This document shows, piece after piece, positions 18,259 through 27,481 of a stretch of DNA of 64,000 nt (the first letter of the stretch is position 1; every line of letters begins with the position of its first letter). The stretch lies in NCBI GenBank assembly GCA_963771465.1, contig CAVYTU010000017.1:32001-96000 (forward strand). Reading direction: 5' to 3'. A program made the translations under genes and the position numbers. Under the pieces are notes generated by a model. The model did not search any database and was not told the origin of the DNA. It saw nothing but the letters and a program-made list of their open reading frames with translations. The DNA is from an uncultured delta proteobacterium (GTDB taxonomy: Bacteria; Desulfobacterota; Binatia; UBA9968).

Positions 18259-19725
18259 ATGATTTACCGGATACTCAAGCGCTGGGCTAAAGTCGACCCC
18301 GATAGGATTGTCATAGTCGCTGAGCGACGCTCGCTGAGTTACCGCCAATTGTTGGCCGAGGTCGATGACTGCGCCGCTTACTTTCAATCCCTCGGTCTCA
18401 AGCAGCAAACGCCGATTCTAATCGGCGTCCCGCCGGCGCCTGAGTTCTATGTGGCCTTCTTCGCTACCTGCGCCATCGGCGCAACCGCCATTCCGCTTTT
18501 GCCGTCATCGAGCGGAATAGCCGCGCCGGTGCGAGAGTGCAAGCCGGCTGTCGCCGTCGGCGGCCGGGCCTTTCTTAAATGCGTCAGGACTCAACTGCCT
18601 GAGCTTCGGTACGAAATTCTTTGGGATGCGAAGGTTGGCTTGCATTTGCCGCAAACCCGCCACCGATTTAGCAAAGAGCAGCTAGTGCGCGAGGAGAAAG
18701 TCCTGGCATTGCCAAGCTCGGGCAGCATGGGCGAGCCGATGCTGCGCTATCGCTCCGCCGAGATCGTCGTCAAACGGGCGCAATTGAGAGCCGAGCTAAC
18801 CGGCATCACGACCCGCGATGTGCTGCTTACCACCCGGCCAATCAACAGCGGCGCCGGTTTTAGTTTTCATGTCACGTTACCCGTGCTGTCCGGTTGTAAA
18901 GTCGTCGTGCACGAAAAATTCCAACGCTTTAAGGCGGCTGATACCATCGCCAAAGAGCGCGTTACAGTGCTCAATACCGTTCCCCTGGTTTTCGATCTCT
19001 TGGCTTCTATTCCCACTTCCTATCAGGTCGACTTTACGTCGCTCCGTTTGTGCATGTCGGGCGGCGCGCCGCTGTCACGCTTCGTGCGTGAAAAATTTCT
19101 CGAGCGCTATGGTATCCATCTGCGCCAACGCTACGGCGGCCGCCACTTCAGTCCAGCGTGTGCGTGGAACTATTCCGACGTTGCCGACGCGGTCGGGCAG
19201 AAAGCCGGACCCTTTCCGTTGACCGTAATTGGCGATGATGACCGCGAGATTGAGCCCGGCCAGATTGGCGAAGTGGCGTTCGATTATTCAAAAATGGCGC
19301 GGATCTGGAAGAAGGCCTTGAAGGATAATCCAAACCGCCGTGGCAAATATATCTACACCGGCGATTTGGGCAGGACCGACGCCGACGGCAATGTTTTTAT
19401 CGTCGGGCGCAAGAGTCGATTTATCAAGGTCGCGTCCAATCGAGTGGAGCCCGCGGAAGTCGAGAGTGTTCTGCGCTCTCATCCCCGGGTGCGCGACGCT
19501 CTCGTCTTTGGCTTGAGCGTGGGCCATGCCGACGAGGCGGTGGGCGCCATTATCGTAGCGTCGGGTAACGTCACGACTGAAGATATCCAAAGCTTTTGCG
19601 CCAAGCGGTTGGAACCATACAAATGTCCGCGTCGTATCGAGTTTCGCCGCAGCCTTCCGCACAACGCTCATGGGAAAGTGATCCGTCACCTCTTTACGAG
19701 CGGGATTGGTCAATCTTCGCCTTAA
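18259..19725 (+). CDS. AMP-binding (adenylate-forming) acyl ligase with divergent motifs
   Basis: 'YTGDLGR', 'GRKSRFIKV..NRVEPAEVE' and C-terminal 'LPHNAHGKV'; P-loop reads PSSGSMGEP. Confidence 0.8.
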   Translation: MIYRILKRWAKVDPDRIVIVAERRSLSYRQLLAEVDDCAAYFQSLGLKQQTPILIGVPPAPEFYVAFFATCAIGATAIPLLPSSSGIAAPVRECKPAVAVGGRAFLKCVRTQLPELRYEILWDAKVGLHLPQTRHRFSKEQLVREEKVLALPSSGSMGEPMLRYRSAEIVVKRAQLRAELTGITTRDVLLTTRPINSGAGFSFHVTLPVLSGCKVVVHEKFQRFKAADTIAKERVTVLNTVPLVFDLLASIPTSYQVDFTSLRLCMSGGAPLSRFVREKFLERYGIHLRQRYGGRHFSPACAWNYSDVADAVGQKAGPFPLTVIGDDDREIEPGQIGEVAFDYSKMARIWKKALKDNPNRRGKYIYTGDLGRTDADGNVFIVGRKSRFIKVASNRVEPAEVESVLRSHPRVRDALVFGLSVGHADEAVGAIIVASGNVTTEDIQSFCAKRLEPYKCPRRIEFRRSLPHNAHGKVIRHLFTSGIGQSSP

Positions 19726-19752
19726 CAAATTGATTTTAGAAATTAGCTTCGC

Positions 19753-20634
19753 ATGACGCGGGTACCGCTAATCAAGCTTTGCCATCGGGTGCCTGGTTTC
19801 ATGCGCTTGGGCCGGGCCATTCCAGTTCACTGGTATTTTAGCTGGATCAAGACGGTTGCGCCGCTGATCGGTTTTTTTTCCGTTCATGCCAGAGAACAGC
19901 GACGCTATGTCACGCTGGCGTTAGCCACGAGTCGCGGGCCGGGAGAATCGAAGAGTATTGCGCGCCGCAATCTGATCTACAGAAAATGGCGCGTTTGTCT
20001 GCAAGTGGCGTGGCCAAACATCGCCGGCCGCTATCACCAGTGGGTCTGCCTGCAAGGCGAGGAATACCTCAATCAGGTCTGCGCGGCGGGCCGAGGGGCG
20101 ATTTTGCTGTCAGGTCACAGTTTTGGTTTTAGCGGCATGGCGGTTCGAACGCTGGCACAGCGAGGTCATGAAATTATCAGGACCGGCGCGGGCCGAAATC
20201 CGGAGCGGCAGCGACGTCGCTGGGGCAATGGCGACTTTCAGCGCTGGCAATATCTTGGTTACCATGGTGATTACTGGCACCGGTTTCGTGTCCTCAAACA
20301 GCTGCAAGACGCGCTTAGACGCAAGGCGGTGCTGTATATCGGCATCAGAGGATTGCCTGCCGGCGATCCTGAATACGAGATCGATTATTGCCACGGCCGG
20401 TTTTTTCTCGATCCGCAGATTCTGCGGCTGATCGAAATATTGCAGGTTCCCGTTTTGCCTTGTTTTGTCTTGTGCGATAAGAACGGGCGGGCTGGGATAA
20501 AAATTTTCCCGGCGATAACTCCAGTTGCCAAGGAGATCATAACGGGTTTTGGTTCGCTCTATGCGGAGTATCTGCGAAACTTTCCCGAGAACGCCAATAT
20601 CTGGAAAAGAGTCGCGCGCGGAGAGGAGATTTAA
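19753..20634 (+). CDS. LpxL/HtrB-like lipid acyltransferase family protein
   Basis: 'GEEYL....AAGRGAILLSGH' and 'VPVLPCF' are typical of the lipid A/lysophospholipid acyltransferase fold. Confidence 0.6.
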   Translation: MTRVPLIKLCHRVPGFMRLGRAIPVHWYFSWIKTVAPLIGFFSVHAREQRRYVTLALATSRGPGESKSIARRNLIYRKWRVCLQVAWPNIAGRYHQWVCLQGEEYLNQVCAAGRGAILLSGHSFGFSGMAVRTLAQRGHEIIRTGAGRNPERQRRRWGNGDFQRWQYLGYHGDYWHRFRVLKQLQDALRRKAVLYIGIRGLPAGDPEYEIDYCHGRFFLDPQILRLIEILQVPVLPCFVLCDKNGRAGIKIFPAITPVAKEIITGFGSLYAEYLRNFPENANIWKRVARGEEI

Positions 20635-20888
20635 TGACTCGCGGAGAGATTCACAATAGCGTCGAGGCCTTGGTTAAGGAACTCTACCATCAAGAGGACG
20701 GCGTAAACCTCGCTGAGAATTTCCCGGTTCTTGGCCCTGATGGTGTTCTCGACTCTGTGCTCGCATTGCAGCTCCTTCTCAAGATCGAGGAGCGATTTGG
20801 CATCGTCGTTAACGACGATGAGATCGAGCGCGAAAACCTAGCCAACCTGGCGAGCATCACGAAATTTATCGAGCGTAAATTGGCCTGA
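20634..20888 (+). CDS. Acyl carrier protein
   Basis: Acidic 84-aa protein with 'GVLDSV' phosphopantetheine Ser and 'IEERFGI'; TAATG overlap with the upstream stop. Confidence 0.88.
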   Translation: MTRGEIHNSVEALVKELYHQEDGVNLAENFPVLGPDGVLDSVLALQLLLKIEERFGIVVNDDEIERENLANLASITKFIERKLA

Positions 20889-20967
20889 ACTGATGCGTGA
20901 TTCTTTCTCTGATCCTCTGCACGGGAATAGCGTGGCGGACATTCGGTAAGAGCTTTCAGCAGACCAG

Positions 20968-23900
20968 TTAGTTGGGGGCTTCGACGGAAGGAATCGTAAA
21001 ATAAGCCGGGTCTGAAACGGCGGACCGGAGCAATTGGAGTTCCCTTTCCAGTTCCGCCACAGCTTCCGGCGTTTGGTACTGATCTCGTTCGCTACTTACT
21101 TGCTCGAGAGTCTTTGCGGCGGCATAGGCCCGTTGACCCGCAAGTTGTCCCACAGAAGATGCCAGGGTGTGGGCGGCCTTGGCGAGTGATTCATAGTCTG
21201 ATCGGGACAAGGCCTGATGAGTTTTTTCTAGTAGTTTGGGATATTGGTCGAGGAAAATCCGCGCCACCTCACAAAGCAGCTCGCGGTTTCCATCGACTAG
21301 ACTTAGGGCCGTGGAGAAATTGAGGATGTCGGCTTGAGTCGATGACTCCAGCGCGGGATCCGTTAAGGGAATGGTTTTGGCGGCGGCTATGCGGCGCGCT
21401 ATGGCGGCTTTAAGATCCCCAGGGTTTATCGGCTTAGAAACATAGTCATCCATGCCAGCCGCCAAGCATTCGTCTCGATCCACTTTCCGCGCATGAGCTG
21501 TGATCGCGATGATGGGAGTATGACGGCCCTTGCTCGCTTCCAGTGCGCGGATTTGGCGGCATGTCTCCAAGCCATCGGCCTCCGGCATCTGTATATCCAT
21601 CAACACCATGTCGTAAGGTACGAGCTTGAAGGCCTCCAACGCCTCTTTGCCGTTGCCGACCACATCGGCCCGATGGCCCATCTTGTTGAGTAGACTGGAA
21701 ATCACTTTTTGGTTGATGTGATTATCGTCGGCTACCAAGACCCGCAACCGATGCGTCGAATTTTGCTCCGAGGATATTTTTCCAAACATCGCGGTGGTGG
21801 AAGAGCCGCTCCTTGACGGCTCTGCCATCAAGTCTGCCAGGCGCTCAGCGAGAACTGAATGCGTAACCGGTGCGGCTAGCCAGGCGTCGACACCGGCTGC
21901 TTTGGCGAGTTTTTCGGCGCCATTTTTCTGCACTGAAGTGACCAGCAAAAGCTTCAGCGCGCTGAACTCGGAGTTGTTCCGTATGGTTTGGGCGAGCTCT
22001 TGCCCGTCCATTCCCGGCAGCATGAATTCCATAATCACCAAATCGAAGGGCTCGCCGGTTGCGCGGGAGATCCGTAATAACTCCATCGCAGTCGGGCCAT
22101 CCTCCGTGCTCTGACTTTTGATTCCCAAGGAACTCACGCAGTGCTCGATGACGCTGCGGCTGGTCTCGTTGCCGTCGACGATAAGCGCACGCAGGCCGGC
22201 CAAATTCGCTTGGGTACGCAGGGTCTTCCGATCGGGTGCAGGCTGTTTTAGCAACGGCAGGGTAAACCAAAAGGTGCTGCCCAATTCTGGTTTACTGTCC
22301 ACCCCGATCTCACCTCCCATCAGCTCGACAAGATTCTTGCAAATCGCCAAGCCGAGTCCGGTGCCGCCGTACTTACGGCTAATCGAGGCGTCGATCTGAG
22401 TGAACGAGTGGAAGAGCTTTTTGACGTTGTCCTCAGGAATACCGATACCGGTGTCGGTGACGGAGAATCGGAGGTTAGCGTGAGTGTCAGTTTGCTCTAG
22501 CTGGGCGACCTCGACGATCGCATTTCCCTTGGCGGTATACTTCAACGCATTGTTGACCAGATTGGAAAGGATTTGGCGTAATCGGCCGGGGTCTCCCTGT
22601 AAATCAGTCGGCACATCGTCCTGGATCGAGCTGATAAGCTCTATATTTTTGTCCGCGGCTTGCTTGGCGAAAAGATCGGTAACTTCGGAGACCACGCTGC
22701 GCAAATCAAAATCGATGATCTCGAGCTCGAGCTTGCCTGATTCAACTTTAGAAAAATCCAAAACTTCGTTTATCACCGTAAGCAAGGATTCGCTCGACCG
22801 TCTGATGATGCCACAATACTCAGTCTGTTCGGGTGAAAGTTCGGTGTCGGACATCAGGCCCGCCACGCCGATGATGCCGGTCATCGGTGTCCTGATCTCG
22901 TGGCTGATATTGGCCAAGAATGCGGACTTGGCCTGATTCGCTGCGTCGGCTCCTTCTTTGGCCAGTCTGAGTTCCTCTTCAATGCGCCTGCGCCGGGTCA
23001 GATCACCAGTGACTTGGGCAAAACCTGTAAGCGTGCCGGCTTTGTCACGCACCGTCGCGATAACCACATTGGCCCAAAACATCGAGCCGTCCTTATGCAG
23101 CCGCCAGCCCTCGTCTTCACAGTGACCCTCGGCGAGCGCAGCCTGCAATAACTGCTCGGGTGTACCGTTGTCGCAGACGTCGATGGGGAAGAAACAAGAG
23201 TAATGTTTACCGAGAATCTCATCCGGACGATAGCCCATGAGCCGTTCTGCGCCTTTGTTCCAGGTCAAGACGCGTCCTTCGGGATCGAGCATAATGATCG
23301 CGTGGTCTTTCACATTCTCGATCATCGAACGGAAACGTTCTTCGCTCTGCCGTAACGTTTCCTCGGCCTGCTTGCGCTCGGTGATGTCGACGACGGAAGC
23401 CAGAACATGAATTCCACCGGGTGTTTCAAGCGGGTTCAAACCGATTTCGACGGGAAAAGCATCGCCGTCTTTGCGGATACCGTAGAGTTCCTGACCAGCG
23501 TCCGTTGCGCGCCACTGCGGCAGGGGCGAGGCTATTCCTCCAGGGCGCGAGTGTCTTTCGCGATGGCGCCATGGCAGTAGGCGCTCTACCGGTTGATCGA
23601 TCAGTTCTGCTTTGCTGTAGCCGAAGAGCCGCTCAACCTGCGAGTTGACGAGTTCGATCCGGCCCTTCTGATCGACCATCACAATGCCGTTTGGCGCCGA
23701 TTCCACGATGTGGCGGAAGCGCTCTTCGCTCTGCCGCATGGTATTTTCTGCCTGCTGGCGTTCGGCAAGAACAGCGGCTAACACCAGGGTTGTCACGGCT
23801 TCGGTGGCCATGAAAGCCTGTAATAGCATGAGCGACGCAGTGGGGGTTTCCCCCGAAAAGGAACCGACTCCTTGCAGTGTACCCCAGATGGCGGTCGCGG

Positions 23901-24627
23901 ACATCAAAGCGGTAGATGTCACAGCTCCGTATTGTCCAAAAAGCAGCGCCGACAACAAGAGCGGTAAAATACTTAAGAACGACAGCGGATAATTTTTGAT
24001 ATCGCTGAAGATCCATTCGCCAAAGACAATCTGGCTAAAGACAAAGACGAGCACGAACAAACACACCGCATCGAATATCCAACGCCTGTGCCAAGGCGGA
24101 AAAGTCGCGGCGCCCCAGACCAACAGAAGGGGAGCGACGACGATATCGCTGGTCATATCTCCGAGCCACCAGGTCATCCAGATGGCGGAATAATTATCCC
24201 AAGGAGCAAAACCGCCAAGGCACAGGGCAGTCACGCCGACGGTGGCGCTGACCAGAGTGCTGCCCGCGCCGGCAAAAACGACAAATTTGACGACATCGGT
24301 AGAGCGCTCAAACGCCGCCGAACCATTGGCGAAGCGGCGCACGAGAAAGGCGCCCAAAAGTGCTTCCATTGTATTTCCCGCGGCGATGGCAAGGGAGGTC
24401 TGGACAGACCCTGCGGTGAGTTCGTTGATCAGGAAGGCACCCAACATAATCCCCGGCCAAACTCGATTGCCAAACAGGAGAACTGCTGCTAGTGCAATGC
24501 CTGTCGGCGGCCAAACTAGCGTTGCGCTCGGATGAACTACGGCCAAGGACAAGCCGAGTTTTCCGGCGTAAAAATACAGCGGGCAAAGAGTTCCAACGAT
24601 TGCTAGATAAGTTAAATATCTCTTCAT
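20968..24627 (-). CDS. Hybrid histidine kinase (MASE1-PAS-PAS-HisKA-HATPase-REC-REC-HPt)
   Basis: MASE1 'WPPTG' and 'WWLGD', two PAS domains, 'FLANISHEIRTP', 'GGTGLGL', two receivers and HPt 'AHTL'. Confidence 0.93.
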   Translation of the reverse strand: MKRYLTYLAIVGTLCPLYFYAGKLGLSLAVVHPSATLVWPPTGIALAAVLLFGNRVWPGIMLGAFLINELTAGSVQTSLAIAAGNTMEALLGAFLVRRFANGSAAFERSTDVVKFVVFAGAGSTLVSATVGVTALCLGGFAPWDNYSAIWMTWWLGDMTSDIVVAPLLLVWGAATFPPWHRRWIFDAVCLFVLVFVFSQIVFGEWIFSDIKNYPLSFLSILPLLLSALLFGQYGAVTSTALMSATAIWGTLQGVGSFSGETPTASLMLLQAFMATEAVTTLVLAAVLAERQQAENTMRQSEERFRHIVESAPNGIVMVDQKGRIELVNSQVERLFGYSKAELIDQPVERLLPWRHRERHSRPGGIASPLPQWRATDAGQELYGIRKDGDAFPVEIGLNPLETPGGIHVLASVVDITERKQAEETLRQSEERFRSMIENVKDHAIIMLDPEGRVLTWNKGAERLMGYRPDEILGKHYSCFFPIDVCDNGTPEQLLQAALAEGHCEDEGWRLHKDGSMFWANVVIATVRDKAGTLTGFAQVTGDLTRRRRIEEELRLAKEGADAANQAKSAFLANISHEIRTPMTGIIGVAGLMSDTELSPEQTEYCGIIRRSSESLLTVINEVLDFSKVESGKLELEIIDFDLRSVVSEVTDLFAKQAADKNIELISSIQDDVPTDLQGDPGRLRQILSNLVNNALKYTAKGNAIVEVAQLEQTDTHANLRFSVTDTGIGIPEDNVKKLFHSFTQIDASISRKYGGTGLGLAICKNLVELMGGEIGVDSKPELGSTFWFTLPLLKQPAPDRKTLRTQANLAGLRALIVDGNETSRSVIEHCVSSLGIKSQSTEDGPTAMELLRISRATGEPFDLVIMEFMLPGMDGQELAQTIRNNSEFSALKLLLVTSVQKNGAEKLAKAAGVDAWLAAPVTHSVLAERLADLMAEPSRSGSSTTAMFGKISSEQNSTHRLRVLVADDNHINQKVISSLLNKMGHRADVVGNGKEALEAFKLVPYDMVLMDIQMPEADGLETCRQIRALEASKGRHTPIIAITAHARKVDRDECLAAGMDDYVSKPINPGDLKAAIARRIAAAKTIPLTDPALESSTQADILNFSTALSLVDGNRELLCEVARIFLDQYPKLLEKTHQALSRSDYESLAKAAHTLASSVGQLAGQRAYAAAKTLEQVSSERDQYQTPEAVAELERELQLLRSAVSDPAYFTIPSVEAPN

Positions 24628-24663
24628 CGCTTCGCGGCGTCGATCTGTGTCGGGAGTGGCATA

Positions 24664-24692
24664 AGTTTAGTGAGTAGGGTGAGTAGCGTCAA
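24664..24692 (-). promoter_or_regulatory. Putative sigma70 promoter for the hybrid kinase
   Basis: Minus-strand TTGACG-N17-TAAACT; the spacer contains a CTACTCAC direct repeat. Confidence 0.5.
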
Positions 24693-24887
24693 GGGAAAGT
24701 TTGCGCACGGAGTAGTTTTAGGAATCTGTCGTAAGTTTTTGGTGAACCGTCCGCTTCGTCACGGGCGAAAGCCGGCCTGCCTGGATGGAGGGCTGGCTCT
24801 TTCGCCCGTTAGATTCTCATCGATGTTCACGAGCGCCGTCGATCGTGTTATGGATAGCCTCACACGCTAGGCACGGAAGGAGCACTC

Positions 24888-26048
24888 ATGCGCCACGATT
24901 TTAAGATTTATGATTCGGACACGCACCTCAATCCCTCGGCCGAAACCCTGGAGCCCTATTTCGATGCCGCCATGCGCAAGCGGCTGCCAGAGTGGGAGAG
25001 CTGCAAGGTGCCATTTCGTATCGGCTGGGCCGGCGAGATTTTAGAGCCGCCTTATCGCCACCGTTATCGGTTTAAGCAAAGAGCCGGCTGGCGCGAGGAG
25101 TTGCGTATTCTAGGAGAGGCGGGTCCCCGGCAGCATGTCGAGCATCACTTCCCGAAGTTCATGGGTAGTCGTTTCCCGACCCCGGGCGGCTCTGATGATG
25201 ACGCTGAAGCACGTGTTCGGGATATGAACGAGGAGGGAGTGGACGTGCAACTCATGCTTCCCGGATTGCCGCCGGCCACCGACGACGCCGAAGTTGAAAT
25301 CGGCTTTATCCAGGCCAACCATCGCTTTACCGATGACTTCTGCCGCAAGCAACCGCACCGTCTCAAGTCTCTCATCGTAGTGAGTAGCAAAGCGATCGAA
25401 CAATCGGTGCAAGAAATAAAAGCATGGGCGCGTGCGCCATGGGCCGCCGGCATTCATCCCAACCTGGCTGAAGGCGTTCCCATCGACCATCCGGACCTCG
25501 AACCGATCTGGGCCGCGGCCAACGACGCAGGGCTTTGCGTGACGCATCACAGCTTCACCTCCGGCTATCCCGGTTACCGCGATCTCTGGGACAATCCCTT
25601 CATCGGCCGCACTGCCTCGCACCCGTGGGGCGCCATGAGAGCCGTGACGGCATTTTTCGGTGCCGGGATCATGGATCGCTACCCTGACATTCGCTATTGT
25701 ATCCTCGAGTCGGGCTTTGGCTGGCTGCCGTTTTGGGCCGCGCGCATGGACGACCAATGCGAATACATGCCTTATGCCCTGCCAAAAAATCTCGCTCGCA
25801 AACCCAGCGAGTACATGACCAGTGGGCGCTTCTTCGCCAGCGTGGTGATCCACGAAGGCGAAAAGATGGCCCGCATGGTCACCGAATTCCTTGGCGACGG
25901 CGTGTTAATGTATTCGTCCGATTATCCCCACGCGGAGTCGCGTTTTCCCGAGTCCACCAACAAGGTGCTCGGGTGGAAATCCCTGGGCGACCAAGTTATG
26001 GGAAAAATGCTCTGGGACAACGCCACGAAATGCTTTGGCGAGCCGTAA
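24888..26048 (+). CDS. Amidohydrolase_2 family protein
   Basis: 'DSDTH', 'LESGFGWLP', 'KPSEY' and 'SSDYPH'; AAGGAG RBS. Confidence 0.9.
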   Translation: MRHDFKIYDSDTHLNPSAETLEPYFDAAMRKRLPEWESCKVPFRIGWAGEILEPPYRHRYRFKQRAGWREELRILGEAGPRQHVEHHFPKFMGSRFPTPGGSDDDAEARVRDMNEEGVDVQLMLPGLPPATDDAEVEIGFIQANHRFTDDFCRKQPHRLKSLIVVSSKAIEQSVQEIKAWARAPWAAGIHPNLAEGVPIDHPDLEPIWAAANDAGLCVTHHSFTSGYPGYRDLWDNPFIGRTASHPWGAMRAVTAFFGAGIMDRYPDIRYCILESGFGWLPFWAARMDDQCEYMPYALPKNLARKPSEYMTSGRFFASVVIHEGEKMARMVTEFLGDGVLMYSSDYPHAESRFPESTNKVLGWKSLGDQVMGKMLWDNATKCFGEP

Positions 26049-26164
26049 AGTATGTTCGGCAATTTTGGGAACCTATGCAAAATAATCATAACGGCCAATC
26101 GTGTTTATCGACCGGCGCGTTGAAAACAATGAATTGCGACGTCGCAGACGGAAAGGAGTCGCTC

Positions 26165-26302
26165 ATGAACCCACTCCGGCATTTGGGCATAGGTTCCGAA
26201 GAGCCCGAGAAGCTCGCTGCTTTTTATACAGAGGCTTTTGGCTTGCCAGTGTTATCCGCGGAACCGGCGGCTCGATTAGAGTTGTCCACGAGAGGGATTA
26301 CT
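26165..26302 (+). pseudogene. 5' remnant of a VOC/glyoxalase gene in frame with the downstream SBP
   Basis: AAAGGAG RBS before ATG 26165; 'LRHLGIGSEEPEKLAAFYTEAFGL' is the first VOC beta-alpha motif, with no further VOC sequence. Confidence 0.55.
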
Positions 26303-27436
26303 TTGCTTCGCCAGCTTGCAGTCTGCGCGCTTTTGATTCTGAGTTTTCATGTAGCGCGAGCCACGCCCGCCGCAACGGCGGCGGAGAAGCCCGGCTGGCA
26401 AGCGGAGTGGGAACGCACTCTTGCCGGCGCCAAGAAGGAAGGTGCGGTGTATCTGTGGGGTGATGCGGAGATCACGCACTCCGATATCATAGCAGCCTTT
26501 ACGAAAGAATTTCCGTTCATAAAACCGATCATGGTCACGGGAAAAAGCGGCGACCTCACAGTGCGTCTGTTATCGGAGAGACGCGCAGGAAAATTTTTGG
26601 CCGACGTTTATAGCGGGACAATGAGCGGCGCGGCATTCTATGAATTTTATCGCTCCGGGGTCTTCAATCCGATCAAACCTACTTTTATTCTGCCAGAGGT
26701 TGCCAGCGAGTCCGGCTGGCTCGGCGGCAAACACTATTACGTCACCGCCGAGAATTATATGATCCTGTACGAAGGCAATGTTGCGGGCACAAGCATCTAC
26801 TACAACACCCAGTCGGTAAGGCCCGACGACTTCAGCTCTTACTGGGATCTACTTGCCCCAAAGTGGAAGGGGAAAATTGGCATGTTCGAGAGGGCCGGTT
26901 CCAGTTTTCCAAGCTTGACGGCGGTCTATTACCATCCGCAACTCGGCCCTGATTATATAAAGCGCCTGGTCGGCGAAATGAACGTCACGGTTTCGCGCGA
27001 TCGGCGGCAAGCCACGGACTGGCTGGGAACCGGGAGGTTTGCTTTGTGCATCGGTTGCGGCGACGTGGAGCGCGCAAGCAGAGACGGTATGCCGGTGGGC
27101 GAGCTGGAGCGCAGACACCTTAAGGAGGCCGGAAACAGCATCACCCTCAATGGCAACAGCGCGCTTGGCCTAGTCAGCAAGGCGACTCATCCGCATGCCG
27201 CCGCGGTTTTTATCAACTGGTTTCTCTCGCGCAGAGGGCAGATGGTTTGGCAGGAGGTCATGAACGCAAAGGTGGGAGAACCATCGAATTCCATGAGGAT
27301 CGATATCCCGAAAGATAATGTCTTACCCGCAGCGCGGCGGGATGACGGTGAGAAGTACCAGGTCACCGGTTTTCTCGACCCAGCGCCTCCTACCAAACTT
27401 ATCGAGGAGCTTTTGTCAAAGAGAGGCGCGAAGTAA
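26303..27436 (+). CDS. ABC-type extracellular solute-binding protein (family 1/6, Fe3+/polyamine-like)
   Basis: GAGGGA + TTG 26303 opens a signal peptide; 'WERTLAGAKKEG', 'WDLLAPKWKGKI' and 'HPHAAAVFINWFLSRRGQ'. Confidence 0.8.
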   Translation: MLRQLAVCALLILSFHVARATPAATAAEKPGWQAEWERTLAGAKKEGAVYLWGDAEITHSDIIAAFTKEFPFIKPIMVTGKSGDLTVRLLSERRAGKFLADVYSGTMSGAAFYEFYRSGVFNPIKPTFILPEVASESGWLGGKHYYVTAENYMILYEGNVAGTSIYYNTQSVRPDDFSSYWDLLAPKWKGKIGMFERAGSSFPSLTAVYYHPQLGPDYIKRLVGEMNVTVSRDRRQATDWLGTGRFALCIGCGDVERASRDGMPVGELERRHLKEAGNSITLNGNSALGLVSKATHPHAAAVFINWFLSRRGQMVWQEVMNAKVGEPSNSMRIDIPKDNVLPAARRDDGEKYQVTGFLDPAPPTKLIEELLSKRGAK

Positions 27437-27481
27437 CGCTGTTCCGAGCCCGAAGCCGATTTTGTGCTTCTCTGAAAAAAT

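Noticed and set aside
25697-26164. N-terminal extension of the 579-aa ORF
   Set aside because: It overlaps the amidohydrolase in another frame and has shadow-ORF composition; RBS-supported starts are at 26165 and 26303.
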